Positions 34,331-47,954 are shown, numbered from the stretch's first letter. The stretch: 64,000 bases of DNA from Heteronotia binoei (GCF_032191835.1 NC_083238.1:26598001-26662000), one strand, 5' to 3'. Numbers and translations: made by a program. The notes: generated from the letters alone by a model not told the origin.

Positions 34331-37209
34331 GAAAACCTGAAATCTTTGTAAATACGTTAGTTCATGTATGTCAGGTTTTGATTTTAGAACCAGTTACCAA
34401 ATATAAAGATGAGACGCTACCATAAACCAGCCAAATATAAGCATTCATGTGTCTTTCTGGTATTTAACATGATTCCCAGGTCCTTATGTTTGAAAACTGT
34501 AGCGAACACAGCCTAGAAATTTGCATTTAAGCTTCCCCCCCCCCCCAATGTGGCAATTATATTCTCCTACAAGGATTTATAAAAAGTGAATAATTAGTTG
34601 ATTTAATCCCAGATTTTAGCCAGATTCACCAACATCTTTAAACAGTCAGTGCTTAGGCACAGTACTGGTGTGATGGAATTTCTAAGCAACTATCTCTCCC
34701 ACAAGTTCCCTTTTTTCCTGAAGGGAGCTGGGAGAGGGGAGCAAAAGAAAGGAAAAAGAGAAAGAGAAAGTCTGACAGAACTGTGACCAGGAACAAGCCT
34801 GTGAACACGTGAAAGGGCACCAGTGGGGAATGCTGAAGTTGGAGTAAAGTTCTTACCATTAGACTGAAGCTTCAGATAAAGACTTTAGTAAATACACACC
34901 ACATTAGGGAGAGCCCTAGGAAGACAAGCTTGGAACCAGTGCATTCCTGCTATTTAACTGGCAAGGACAGTAGAAGACTCACTCTTGGAAACCAATTATT
35001 ATATCCCACCCCTTCTTTAGATGAAGCTTCTCTGTTACATTGTTAAAGTTTTTGCTACTATTGACAATGCGTCACTGTTGTTGATGGGACCCATCAGCAC
35101 TGATGGAGAAAGGGGTAGACCTGAAATGCCTTCAGAACTTTTCCTCAAGTCTCATTCGCACAAACACAGTGATAATTTATACTGACGTTATGCTGGTATG
35201 AGGAGTTTATAAACATATCAGTTTTGCTAAGTGAGAACTGAATGCGGCAATCATTTCACTTGCACTAACTATAAGGACCCTTTCTAAAGGTCTGTGCCTC
35301 CTAGCCTCCTCCTTCCCCCTCAGAACTATGTGGCAGAGGCTCGGGCTATACAGACCAAGATGACTGGAGAATCCAGAATTTGCTGAAAAATGCAATTTAA
35401 GCATACCTTTAACTATAAACAGGGAAAAATGAATAGCAGACCATTGCTTCTGAGAGGAAAAGGAGGGAGGATATCTATGCAGCAGTTTAAATCCTTTAAA
35501 CCAATTTGTTAGATCTTGTTTTGCTGGATCAGCAGCATCACACAAATAAGTACGGAAGGATTTTTTTTTAAAGCCTGTGTTCTAAAAAGCGCTCGGGGCT
35601 TACATACCCCTTTTCCTCCTTGTCAAGAAGAAAAATACCTGCGTTCCATGTATGTGTTTTTTGTTTGTTTTATGAATATTTGGGGATAATGAATAAGTGC
35701 ATGTTGGTTAAAAGGAACTTCAATTCAATGCAAGAAGAAAAACAACAACTGCTTTGGCACAACTGCAGGAGGCAGTCAGCAGGAGAAACTGGAAGGATTA
35801 GGGGAATCAGCTAAGGCAGCAAACCGAACAAGCCAGAAAGGTCAGAGACTCACAACAAAGCATCCAGTTTGCTATTCATTTAGGGACTGGGTTCACCTCT
35901 TCTGATTCCCAAGGCACAGGTTTTGTTGGCCACTTCAAAAATCACTGCCCCTTCACAGGTCAACAGGGCAGTCAGGAAGAGACATGAGAGCAATGCAGAA
36001 TAAGCAGCCTTATACTGGAGTTTAGCCCCTCTCTACTTACCACCACCAGTGACCCTACTAAATTGGATTAAAAAGTCACGTGCCTCTCTCTGCAACACTC
36101 CTTCCTCTCCCAGTTGTGCATGAATGCCTGACAATAAGAATATTCCTTAGCATATATGTTTGGCCAAAGCAAAGGGTGTGTGCATTGTTTAGTTCATGTC
36201 GTGATCCGCCCTGAGCCCGTTATGGGAAAGGGCGGAATGTAAGCCTACTAAATAAAATAAAAAATAAAATAGATAAGCCTACTACTAAATAAGGTCTTCA
36301 GTTGCAGGAAGCTATGAGAAGCGAATCAGCTAAATCTGCACTTTGCAAATTATAATCTTTGAGAGCCCTAAACATGCATAGGCTCTATACAAATGTAGGA
36401 TTCAGTTGAGACCTTCTGCTTAATGTAGAGATGTCTAGAGACAAGGCAAGCAGACAAGAACCTATTTGTCTTTACTTACAATAAAACATTTGAGCGAGGC
36501 ATGTGTGTTATCATTGGCTTAATCCAAAACAGATCTTCAACCTACAAACCACTTTGCAGATGGAATTTTAAAGTGCTGTTGCAAAAGGCACACTAAAAAA
36601 CACTGCTTCCAGGCCTTGCAAATTATATAGATATCAACTTTACTTTCACAAAGCTTTCAATCTACTGAATAACAAACTACTAACTATTGATTGATACAGT
36701 CTTATTCAACAATAATTGGAGGTTTGCACAATAAGGGTAGAGTAATAATTACCAGCGTTGCAAGAGGACTGGGGATCCTCAGGTTCAAAGGCAAATTCAA
36801 CCACAAAGCTCATGAGCGGACCTTGGACAAACCAGTCTCTCTCAGTCTAATCTACATCACAGAGTTGTTTGTGAGGATAAACTGAAGAGGGAGAATTACA
36901 TAGGAAGCCCTGGGAAGTAGGTAAGATAGAAAAGAGCATGCTTCTGAAATCAATCATCTTTCTCAGTTTTTACTATGTCATAGAGAGGATTCATTGCCAA
37001 ACTACATGTCACATTCATGAACACGACAATTACATGAACAGCAATGCTATGCAAATTTCTGATCTGAGGAAACTTGCATCGAAATCAAGCTGTGTTTTAG
37101 ATAGATCCTCACTGCTAATTATCCTCCCCATCAAAATTATTTGAGGAGCATTTGTTAGCTTGAGAACTTGCCAAGATGTATTAAGATGAATTCTGGAGGG
37201 TGGGGGGGG

Positions 37210-37490
37210 GAGAGCCAGTTTGGTGTAGTGGTTAAGTGTGCGGACTCTTATCTGGGAGAACCGGGTTTGATTCCCCACTCCTCCACTTGCACCTGCTGGA
37301 ATGGCCTTGGGTCAGCCAGAGCTCTGGCAGAGGTTGTCCTTGAAAGGGCAGCTGCTGTGAGAGCCCTCTCCAGCCCCACCCACCTCACAGGGTGTCTGTT
37401 GTGGGGGAGGAAGGTAAAGGAGATTGTGAGCCGCTCTGAGACTCTTCGGAGTGGAGGGCGGGATATAAATCCAATATCTTCTTCTTCTTC
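37210..37490 (+). mobile_element. Young Squam3-like tRNA SINE, full length
   Basis: A box tggtgtagtggttaag, B box gggtttgattccc, (TTC)n tail; nearly identical to the copies at 14541 and 48786. Confidence 0.93.
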
Positions 37491-37954
37491 TAATCCTTTG
37501 TAAATTATAGCATGAAGCACATGCAAAAACCTTCTGAAAGCTAAACAAGCTAGGTAGGATTCCACAGGAGTAAATACACTAGGGTAGTTGGAACTGTGGC
37601 ATCTAAGGATGTGCTTTTAGGATACCAATTAAAATACTACTACATTTAAAAATACTAGTACATTTATAAACATCACATGAAAGTTGCCCAGGATATCTGC
37701 AGCTTCATTTAAAGGCAGCAACTAGAACTGCAAGAGGCTCGTTTAAGAAAACAGGGGTGCCTTTCAATGGTCCTGCCAGCTAATCCTGTTAACATTGATA
37801 TCATTACCCACACACATACCCCTTTTGTCTTCTAGGTTGGCAAATGTGGAGGATAGATAGCAATTCTCAAAGGGCCCACGCTGTATGTATTTTAAACTCT
37901 TTAGGGCTCTCATTTGCTCCACTTTTGTGTCAACAAAATTACAAAGTAGCCTTG

Positions 37955-38135
37955 ATCTGATAGCCCAGCATAGTCCAATCTCTCAGATCTCAGAAACTAA
38001 ACAGGGTCAGCCTTGGTCAGATGGGAAACCACCAAAGAAGCCCAGGGTTGCTACACAGAGGAAGGCCAGGGCAAACCACCTCTGAAGTCCCTTGCCTTGA
38101 AAAAAACCTATAAGCCAGCTGCAACTTGATGGCAA
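37955..38135 (+). mobile_element. 5S rRNA-derived SINE
   Basis: gatctcagaaactaaacagggtcagcc...gatgggaaaccacc head and ggcaaaccacctctg...cttgccttgaaaa tail. Confidence 0.75.
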
Positions 38136-40118
38136 AAGAAGAGGGAGACAGAAATAGGTGTGCGCACAAGAAGTATGTAAAGCAGACAAAAAGCAACACA
38201 AAACCATATTTATCCTAGCTGTGGCTACTAGTAAAATGGCAAAAGTATACGCTACATTTTATTGCAAATTAAAGCAGTGCAGATAACAAGAGAACTATTG
38301 TCCGCCTAATACTTACTAGCAAGCAAAACACCTGTGCCTCCTTTGTTTTCGTCTCTGCAGGTGTGGGAAAGAGTCACTTTCCTTGGGCTCACTAAGGAGT
38401 GAAACTTAAAGCAATGTTGTGGGATGTAACAATCCCCAACATGAGTGAGCATCCTTTGATCTTATCTCTTACTTGCCTCACACACAGCAAAGCATGCTCT
38501 CTCAGCTTAGGTAGCAAGTACCGAATGCCAAAAACATAACCTACACTTTAAAAAGTGTATCACACTGTGTTCATAGCACGGCACCCTTTCATTACAGACC
38601 TTAAAATTCAATTTTTGAGACTTTTAAACTGTGTTCCATGGAAACTTGGGGTTCCATGGAAGCTTATCAGAGATTATGCAATAAGTCCACATCCTAAAAT
38701 GACAGTTCTCTCATCATGTAATTGTAAAAAAATCATGACATCTATTTGGGGGCATATCTGGGGGTCACTGCCCTGCATGAACTGAGTGCACCCAAAATAT
38801 GCATCAAATCTTCTTCGAAGCTTGGAGTTAGCATAGGATTCTCATATCTGAGAATGAAAGCATTGTTTCTAGTTTTATAGTGAACTTTTTATTCCTTTTG
38901 AAACTGCAAATGTGCCCATACACACTTCCTTTATATGCTGTAACTGCTAAGCAGGGAAGTATTGCAAGGGGATTCCTGGAATATCGAGGCATTGCAATTA
39001 CTGCTGGATAGTGTGTACAGTCAGGTATCTTAAAATTTGGAGGGTTTTTTTTAAGGATGTGAATAGAAGATAGCATCTTCTGCATATGCAATCCAGATGA
39101 TTTACATAGATCATGACAGCAATTGGTTACAGTTTTTATAGTCACGAACATTAGATGGAGCAGCAGATGCTAACACTCAAGTTACTGTACCTCGACATAA
39201 TTTTATAGATATTATTTGTGAACAAATGCAATTCTTCCTTTCTGAGGGGAAAAAGAAATCATTGGAAATGTTGACAAGTAGAGGAATAAAGAGAAGAAAA
39301 ACATGTGTGTAGTATTTACTGATGACGCTGATCAAAAATAGACTCCAGGGGGATAAACAATGTTAGATATAAGTGACTAAACCACTACCATCAAAATTGT
39401 ATATAGTATCAACAGCATCAACTCAGAAGTACCAGTACAAAGAGGCCCCATATTCCCTCCTTACCCCAAGAAATCTGAGATGCTCTTTGTACATCTTTTA
39501 AGGATATACATGTTCCGTACTGTATCTGGATATGGGACTTAATAGTGCTTCTTCACGTCATACTTCAAGGGATTGTGCAGTACAGAAAAGAGAATGGAAT
39601 GTCACATGTTAGCAGCTACAAATTTCATGATGGAGAGGGTGATTCACTTTTTTCCACCACTGCACTTCTCCTCGTCTTCCGCCATTACACAATGCACATT
39701 AGAAAGTCATAAGAGAAAGGAAACAAACCACAATGCATGACAAGGGTAGAGAGAAATTACAACAGTAGGTAAAATGTAACCATATCGAGGTTTACAAGAA
39801 TTTGGCACTAATTTTACAAACATCTGTGATGGTTTTGGTGGCTTGTATACATAACATGAGAGCTGATTTTTCAATGGCTTCCTCATACCGTGCCCATCAG
39901 CTGGGTCCTTTCTACTCAGTCATCATCTCCAGTTATGGATGGGCAACAATTATATGGAAAGGGCCCACAGTATTTGAATACTACAGTAGTGTCACAGAAA
40001 GTCAGCTTCCAAGCCTATAGTGATGTATAAAGAATACTACTGCAAACTACAGAACTAATCACCATTCTGTTTAAGAGGTTCACAGAATCTGAGCTACAGC
40101 AAAGGAAAGCATATAAAC

Positions 40119-40700
40119 CAGGGGTGTCAGACTCATGAGGGCCGAATCTGACATAATTGTTGGGCCAGGCCACGAGTGTACCTATTTAAGATTAGGTAGC
40201 AGAAATATAAACTTTATAAAGGACACAAACACAATTAAAGGGGTTTTTTATTAAAAAAAACTTAAAACGTGATTAAAACATTAGCACTCATTGGTCTTCA
40301 AGGTGCTTTCTTTGTTTTTCTTCCATGGGATCCAGGGAATCATGCAAAGGAAGCTCTGGCTTTTCCTTCCCCAGAGGCCCAGGAGGGGGAGGAGCCTCAG
40401 CCAATAGAAGGAAGACAGGTTTGGCTCAGTAGCTCTTATGTGTGATTGAGAGAGCCTGGCAAAGCAAGCTGTCCCTCCCCCTTTCCTCCCTAAGGGAGGA
40501 GCCTCAGCCAATGGAGAAAATAGAGGCTTTGCTCTGTACCTCCTGTGCAACTGAGTAACTGAGCAAGCCTGGAAAAACAAGCTGTGATGCAGAAGGCAAC
40601 AACAGAGAGGGAGAAGGAAGCAGATGACAGCCAGTTGCTTGAGGGCCTGATAGCCTTCCAGGGGCCTGATTTGGCCCCCGGGCCACATTTTTGACACCTA
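40119..40700 (+). mobile_element. hAT-Charlie-type MITE
   Basis: caggggtgtcagact...ttgacacct; internal duplicated unit gggaggagcctcagccaat. Confidence 0.85.
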
Positions 40701-41319
40701 TTAAACTATTAGAATGAAAAGCACTATACATTACATTGGCCACAAAGCCTGCAAGTTATACTCAGCTGAGATTTAGCAGCAATTTCTATAACATAAAAGA
40801 CAGAGAGAGATACATTTAAAGCATGTCTGGGGGATTATATTCATTTTGAAGACCCCAGTTAATGCACAAAATACAGCAAAATAAAGAGCTCTCCTCCAAA
40901 ACCACATTTCAAATTAATCACGTTTCTTCCTGTCAGCTTTCTTGTCTACTCAGAGACAAATGTCCAAATACGCAGACCCCATGTGACCACTAGATGTTCA
41001 AAGGAGGCTGCATGTCATACAGCTTTGGCAGAGAGGACAAGGCTCTCCCTCCACCAAGGGTGGTAGAGATGGGCAGGAAAATGAATGACTCTTGTGAGGA
41101 GAATCTACTACATGTATCTTATGCCTACATATCACTAGGGCTGGTAGAACTTCGCTTGGGAGTCACACTCTTCACACTGCAGATGGGCACTCACAAAAAC
41201 TGCCCTCCACATTATGAGCCAATTCATAACCATGTCAGCAAGAATAATGAAACTAATTTCTCCGGCATGCTGGGCTACTAAACGGAAAGGAATTTTTTGT
41301 TATGGAGAGAAAGACTCAA

Positions 41320-41540
41320 GTCCAGCAACACTTTAAAGACCTTAAAAGGGGCAACAAGATTTCCAGGGTACTTTCCTTCATCAGATGTGGCATGGAGAAT
41401 ATTTCATTTAGTGAGCCCCACCTGCTGTCCTAAGTGGTAAGAGAGTATTTGTGGAATAAACTGTGAGAGTCTTTAAGGTGCCACTGAACTCCCTGTTTAA
41501 TTTTGCCGCTGAGACTAAGATGGCGACTCATCTGAAAGTA
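41320..41540. mobile_element. Pair of inverted, decayed Penelope tails
   Basis: gtccagcaacactttaaagacc...catcag (minus orientation) and aataaactgtgagagtctttaaggtgccactgaactc (plus orientation). Confidence 0.55.
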
Positions 41541-42341
41541 AGCAGGAAAGAAGCTGACCCGGATCATGCAAGGACTGACTCATGTTGCTTAATAAAGGGA
41601 ATGTAACAAACCGCTGAGGTGCGGTGCTTGTTCTTTCGATTCCACAATGCTATATGCTACCCATTAGGAAACGTACCAAGGAGTCCCAGCCTGGCTCTAC
41701 CAACTGCTCCTGGAACCAAGCTAAGTATAGTTTTTGTCCATTTTATTGGTTATCCAGCAGAAAACATTTCTCTGTATTCAGGAACCCCTTAAGAACTACT
41801 ATTTAAAATATGGAATGCGGAAAATACAGAGAAGAAGGAACTGCCAAAGTCCTAGGACTGATGTACAGCATGCAAATATTCCCTATACAAATATAACGGA
41901 GATTTTTTAAAATAAATTGAATGCAAACAACTTCTGAAGCAAAATATCTGCCCCCCCCCATCACCATTAATGCAGATGAAATGAAGGAAATCAAATGCAG
42001 AGGGGAAAAAACTAAAGTAAGAAACAACAACAACCCAACAAATAATGACCAAACACATGACAGCCAAAGAAAACAAACATCAAAACATGTCATAGTTTAA
42101 AAACAAAAACAAAAAACTGAACAAAAATAGTAGCCAGTAAACCTGCCAAGCCTGCTGCCATTTAACATTTTACTTATTACCGTACTTGGGTTTTTTTAAA
42201 GAACAGAAAGACAGGGGCTAAAATACTTCTTTTAAAACAAACAAACAGAACTAATGGTATTTTACAAACACAAAATTGAACTTTTGGGGGGGTATGTGTA
42301 TCCCAAGCTGCAGACTCCACATAAACTAATAACAGTCTTAC

Positions 42342-42444
42342 CTCAGGTATTTTCTGAGAGTTAGGTACTTCACTAGTAGCAGTTTCTGGTGTATCGCTCT
42401 AAAGTTTGCTCCAAGTACAGAATACAAAGATCACTTTTACTCTC
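42342..42444 (-). other. Candidate non-coding/poison cassette exon in the large COBLL1 5' intron
   Basis: Long pyrimidine tract tgttctttcctttcctctctctccctg, then tactaacag|, and donor GAG|gtaaga. 103 nt, stops in all three frames, no ATG. Confidence 0.45.
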
Positions 42445-43249
42445 CTGTTAGTACAGGGAGAGAGAGGAAAGGAAAGAACAGTTCAAAGTCCTAGTTAAAC
42501 AAAATCTACAAGCAATTTGCAAATTTGCAGCTGCTCTTATCCCAGCAGTGACTTGTCTTCTCTTTTTTGCTGCTACACTAATGAAATAATCCATAAAAGT
42601 GACTTCTAACGAGGCACAAACCTCTCCCAAACTCTACTCCTCTTCCTTGCTGTTTGCCCCTTTAGCAGCAAGTATGCAGGGAAACCCGTCAGAATTTATC
42701 CCCTGCTTTTGTCTAGGCACTCCCATTCCTTGCTGAATTCCTGTTGTAAAGAGACAGGCAAAAATAGTACACCCTCAAAAGAAGAACATAGGTTCTTAAG
42801 AGGACAATCCCCATAAGTGTAAAGACTCTTTTCCAAACTAAGACAAGGAGACAACTATGCTCCATCTCAAAGATATCAGGGGTAAGAGACAAGCAAGGAT
42901 ATTACCACCGTCATAATTTTCAGTTTAATCAACCAACCAATCAAGTTTAGTGTTCTGTTAAAACTATGCTGTTACATGACAAAGAGTATTGGCTCAAAGT
43001 TTCAACGATAACGAAAAATGAAAAAGAGATTATCCAACACAGTGGCATCTATTGAACCATCTGCAGACTATGAGATGTGGAACCTTCCCACCTGCTACAA
43101 CCCACTAAGCCCAGTCCCAATTGAGTTCCTATGTGTCATAGAACCTCAGAAACAGGATAAACGAAAAACCTGGATGAACAGTGAGAGGGTGAAAATCACC
43201 ACTCCCTCTTCTGCAAACAGAAATGCCATTCCTTAAATAATCTTTGGAG

Positions 43250-43376
43250 GGTTTTGTTGTCAAGTCACAGCCAACCAATGGCAACCTCATAGGGTCCTTC
43301 AAGGCAAGAGACGTGCAGAGGTGGTTTGCCATTGCCTGCCTCTGCATAGCAACCCTGGTATTCCTTCGTGATGTCC
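43250..43376 (-). mobile_element. 5S/Sauria-like SINE fragment
   Basis: ttcaaggcaagagacgtgcagaggtggtttgccattgcc...ccctggtattcc. Confidence 0.7.
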
Positions 43377-43926
43377 TATGCTGCTCCTAAGATCTGACTG
43401 ACATATTACAGATTTTATTTTCATTCAACAGAATACTTTACAAGGTAGCATAAAAATAATCAATTTGCACCCTTATTCTTTACTACCACAAGTGAAGTTT
43501 CATTTTGTAGTTTTATAAGTATAGCAGCGATATCACTTTGACTGAGCACACCACTGCACTAAAATCACAAAATGAATGTTGCGGACCCCCCATATCACAA
43601 CGGGTACTACAGAAATCCCCTGTCTAGTATTACAACTACAGGAAACCCCACTTACCCCCTCTGAAATCTATATATGTAGCAGTGGGGTTAACTCTCCATT
43701 GGCTACATCCATCAAGATCCTCTTACTTCCCCTTCTCTGTTGGGGAAGATTCAATAAAGTTGAAGAATTTCATTCCCTCTTAGTTCCCATCAGTTCATTA
43801 AGGGGAAGGTCTGTTAGGCTTCTGGACCTCAGGGTTGCCACAGGTATTCAGAAAGCCAGGCATTAAAAGAATTCCTGAAGCCCCTTCAAGTGTGTCATAA
43901 CATGCACTCCTAATATAGGCATAAAC

Positions 43927-44462
43927 CAGGGGTGTCAAACTCATTTGTTATGAGGGCTGGATCTGACATATATGAGACCTGGTTTGGCTGTACTTATTTA
44001 AGATTAAGTAGCAGAGATATAAACTTTATACAGGACATGCACAAACACAATTAAAAATTAAAAAAACAACAACCTTAAAACATGCTTAAAATGTTAGCAC
44101 TCATTGGTCTTAAAGGTGCTTTGTATTTCTCCCATGGGATCCAGGGAACAGGCCAAAGGAAGCTGTGGCTCTTTCCTTCCTTTCTCAGGAGACAGGTGAG
44201 GGAGGAGCCTCAGTCGATAGAAGGAAATGAGGCTTGGCTCAATAGCTCTGCTGTGCGATTGAGAGAGCCTGGGAAAACAAGCTCTGCCTCCCCCTTTCCT
44301 CCCCAAGGGAGGAGCCTCAGCCAATGGAGAAAACAGAGGTTTAGCTCTGTAGCTCCTGTGTGATTAAACAAGCCTTGCGAGGCAAGCTGTTATGCAGAAG
44401 GAAGCAAGAGAGAGGGAGAAGAAAGCAGATGACAGCCAGTTGCTCAGGGACCTGATAGGAGC
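43927..44462 (+). mobile_element. hAT-Charlie-type MITE lacking its right TIR
   Basis: caggggtgtcaaact start; right end runs directly into gcataagc, which resembles the left flank gcataaac. Confidence 0.85.
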
Positions 44463-44663
44463 ATAAGCCATCTTACAATCAAGACCATGTCTTTTAATTA
44501 GAAGAAAGGCATTCAGGAGCGACCTGTCATTCTCCAAACAGTTAAAAGCATCTCTCCACTCCTCCCTTCCAGTGCTACTATAATCTCATTCTTTAAAGCT
44601 ACTGCAGCAGCTTCTGTCCCCTTCCTCACAAAGGAGCAGGAGCAACATGAACAAATACACCTT

Positions 44664-45185
44664 TAGAATCATAGACTTGGAAGGGACCTCCAGGATCATC
44701 TAGTCCAACCCCCTGCACTATGCAGGAAACTCGCAAATACCTCCCCCTAAATTCACAGGATCCTTACTGCTGTCAGATGGCCATCTAGCCTCTGTTTAAA
44801 AACCTCCAAGGAAGGAGAGCCCACCACCTTCTGAGGAAGCCTGTTCCACTGAGGAACCGCTCTAGCGGTCAGGAAGTTCTTCCTAATGTTGAGCTGGAAA
44901 CTCTTTCAATTTAATTTGAACCTGTTGGTTCTGGTCCTATCTTCTGGGGCCACAGAAAACAATTCCATAACATTCTCTATATGACAGCCCTTCAAGTACT
45001 TGAAGATGGTGATCATGTCACCTCTCAGCCACCTCCTCTCCAAGCTAAACATGGCCAGCTGCTTCAACCTTTCTTCATAGGACTTGGTCTCCAGACCCCT
45101 CACCATCTTTGTTGCCCTCCTCTGGATCCATTCCAGCTTGTCTATATCCTTCTTAAAATGTGGTGCCCAAAACTGAGCACAATTA
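44664..45185 (-). mobile_element. CR1 LINE 3' fragment (second subfamily)
   Basis: ORF 44906-45106 ([23 protein letters not shown]) and agaatcataga...aagggacctcc terminus. Confidence 0.9.
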
Positions 45186-46074
45186 CACCTTTGCTCTGTC
45201 TAGATGGAAAGAAGGACAGCACCAGCCCTCTTCGCCATCCACTGTATCCTTCACGCATGTACTCTTATTCTGCATTGGAAAGGAGAATGCTGTTGATTAT
45301 TTCTCCCTGAACCAGAGATGCTATTTGCCTCTTTCAGGGAAAACATTAAGATATCTGTACATTCTTTCCCCTGCAAGGCAAGTTACCATTTGGGGTAGTG
45401 CAGAAAACAGCAAACCAAAGGAAAAGTTCCCCCACCCTAGCATGGCAAACCTCCTCTGAAATGCTGTAAGCTTTCTACAAGTGGCCATTTTGTGATTGGC
45501 TCCATCCTCCAGACCTCATTTTGTGACTGGTAGATCCCAAGAGCCTTAGGAAAAAATTAAGGGGCTCCCAGAAATAAAGTTTGTCTTCCACTGTTTTAAA
45601 GCAAACACACAGAATATAATTTTTTAGAATGTTACCTCTCAAATTTTGCAATATATTTAGATCAAATTATATCAAAGTAAGTAAGTAACTTGACATCTTG
45701 GACCACTGCTCAGCTTCAGTTTACATGACATTTTGACTCTTTATCTTTTCGCCAGCTCTAGGGACTAGTTTGAAATATGTACTAGCATTATATTGAATAT
45801 TAAGTTTCTCGAGGGAAGTAGACTGAAACAAAGACAGATGTATGAAACAAAAGCAGTCTAACTGAACAGAAATCTACACCCAAGTTATTTTAAGAATCAG
45901 TCTTTGTTAAAATTGTTGAGATCTGGGTGTTTCTCTGACAAAGACTAATATGCTGGTGGGGTTCTTGATAAATTATGACATCAGTTTGCAGTGCTTTGAA
46001 AATTACGGTGTAGTTAAAATGTCAGAATGTTCTGAACATCTATATTTAGACAAAGGGTGGGGGAATCACACATA

Positions 46075-46340
46075 TTAGCATAAGAACCCTGTTTGATCAG
46101 ACCAGTGGTCCATCTGGTCCATCACCCTCTCCCACACAGTGGCCAACCAGCTACTCTGGAGGGCCAACAACAGGGTATAAAGGCCAAGGCCTTTTCCAAT
46201 CTTGCTTCACATCTGGCACTGGTATTGAGTTTACTTCCTCTGAATGCAGATGTTCCCTTTAGTCACCACAGCCAGTAGCTACTGATGAATCTGTCTAATT
46301 CCCTTTAAAAGACATCTCTGCTTATGGTCATCACTAGATT
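46075..46340 (-). mobile_element. Old CR1 3' UTR fragment
   Basis: cataagaaccctgtttgatcagaccagtggtccatc...cacacagtggcc resembles the ends of the copies at 18053 and 59583. Confidence 0.6.
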
Positions 46341-46414
46341 CAACAAACACTAGATTTCATTTTAGTCCTTCATTAATTATTTACCTACACAGCCCTAAAC
46401 TGGGTACCACCAAT

Positions 46415-47910
46415 GCCCCAATTTTGCTTTACGCAGATGACGCGGACTTATTGTCCTGCTCCCGAGTAGGTTTACTTTAGCTATTAAATCGCTGCCAAGA
46501 GTACTGTAAAATCAATCAATTCGAATTAAATTATGAGAAATCAAAAGTGTTAGTCTTCTCCAAATCTAGAAAGTAATATACTTGAAGGGTGGGCGACCAC
46601 GAGCTTGAACAAGTAGAACACTTTAAGTACTTAGGTTTGTATTTCCAGGCTACTACATCATAGACCCAGCAATGCAAAGTAACACTTAATAATGCTAAAG
46701 CAAATGTTAAAGCACTTTTGCGTTTCTATTTCTCTGGAAGAGGGAATCAATATGTTCCAGCTGTGCTTAAAGTTTTTAATTTGAAAACTGGCCCTCAATT
46801 ACTCTATGGAGCCCCTATTTGGATCAATTCAATAAATAAAGCAGTCAAACAAGTACACTCAGGCTTTCTACGGAGATTTTTGGGCATTCCATCTTGTGTA
46901 TGCGGCCTTATGCCTGGAATGTGGCCAAAATTTTATGACCAGAAGGGCATGGTCTATGACAGGGGTGGCCAACGGTAGCACTCCAGATGTTTTTTTTACC
47001 TACAACTCCCATCAGCCCCAGCCATTGGCCATGCTGGCTGGGGCTGATGGGACTTGTAGGCAAAAAACATCTGGAGAGCTACCGTTGGCCACCCCTGGTC
47101 TATGACCTTTAAACTTTGGCTTCGATTGCACTATAGATCTGAGTTCTCTAGCTATTGTGCCCAATTCCTGACAGAATCTAATATTTCCCCATGGCTGGTC
47201 AATATTGAAAACAAACTAAGAACACTGAATATTCCCTTTGAATCTCTTCTCTCCCTATCAGAGTTAAAGGCAATGCAATAAGGAACAGCTTATTTGAGGT
47301 AGAGCTCTCTGAACTGTACAATGCAGCTAATAAGACATGCTCCCCTCTTAGTCATGGGATCTTGCCCACTGTGGGCCTTCCTGCTAGCTACTTTTACCAA
47401 CTTCAGACTCCAACATTAGGCAGAATCTTTTCTCTTGCTTGGTTCAATGCCCTCCCTTCAGCGATTTTAACAGAGATTTAACAGTACACCTTTTGCTAAC
47501 AGTCGTGCAAGTGGGTCCATTGAAACTGTGTCTCATGTGTTATTAGAATGCTACTATTATGTTAATATTCAGCATAGCATTTTATTGTCAATCCTTGACA
47601 GTATCTTAGAGCTTCCTGATTCATATAAACTGGTGTATCCATCAAACAACAAAGATGGGAACACAACTGATGCTGTGGCAAAGTTTTTGCAGGCTGCTCT
47701 TCTTATATGCAGTAATGTATTGTAATTTTAATTTGTATTAGACAGACTGACTTCTGAATTATTTTTGTACAGATTTTAGACCTTTTAGAATGTTCTTTTG
47801 TCTTGACTCATGTTGGCATGTTTTATCTATTTGTATGCTTATGTATGTACATCTATTTTTTTTCTTTCTTCTCTTTTATCTCTCTAATGCCAATAAAGAT
47901 AACTGAACTA
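46415..47910 (+). mobile_element. Non-LTR retrotransposon RT fragment, RTE-X-like (clade uncertain)
   Basis: LLYADD, EKSKVLVF, EQVEHFKYLG, QLLYGAPIW, FNALPSA and ETVSHVLLEC motifs, decayed by stops; aataaa near the 3' end. Confidence 0.8.
46960..47097. mobile_element. Fold-back hAT-Charlie MITE inserted in the LINE
   Basis: Almost fully palindromic; perfect 8-bp TSD GTCTATGA. Removing it restores the LINE frame (AWSMT-FKLW). Confidence 0.95.
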
Positions 47911-47954
47911 ATTATTTATCTTTTTGTTTTTATCACATCTGTATTTTGAAAGTG

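Noticed and set aside
37210-37290. tRNA gene
   Set aside because: A/B boxes are present, but there is no cloverleaf and the sequence continues into a SINE body.
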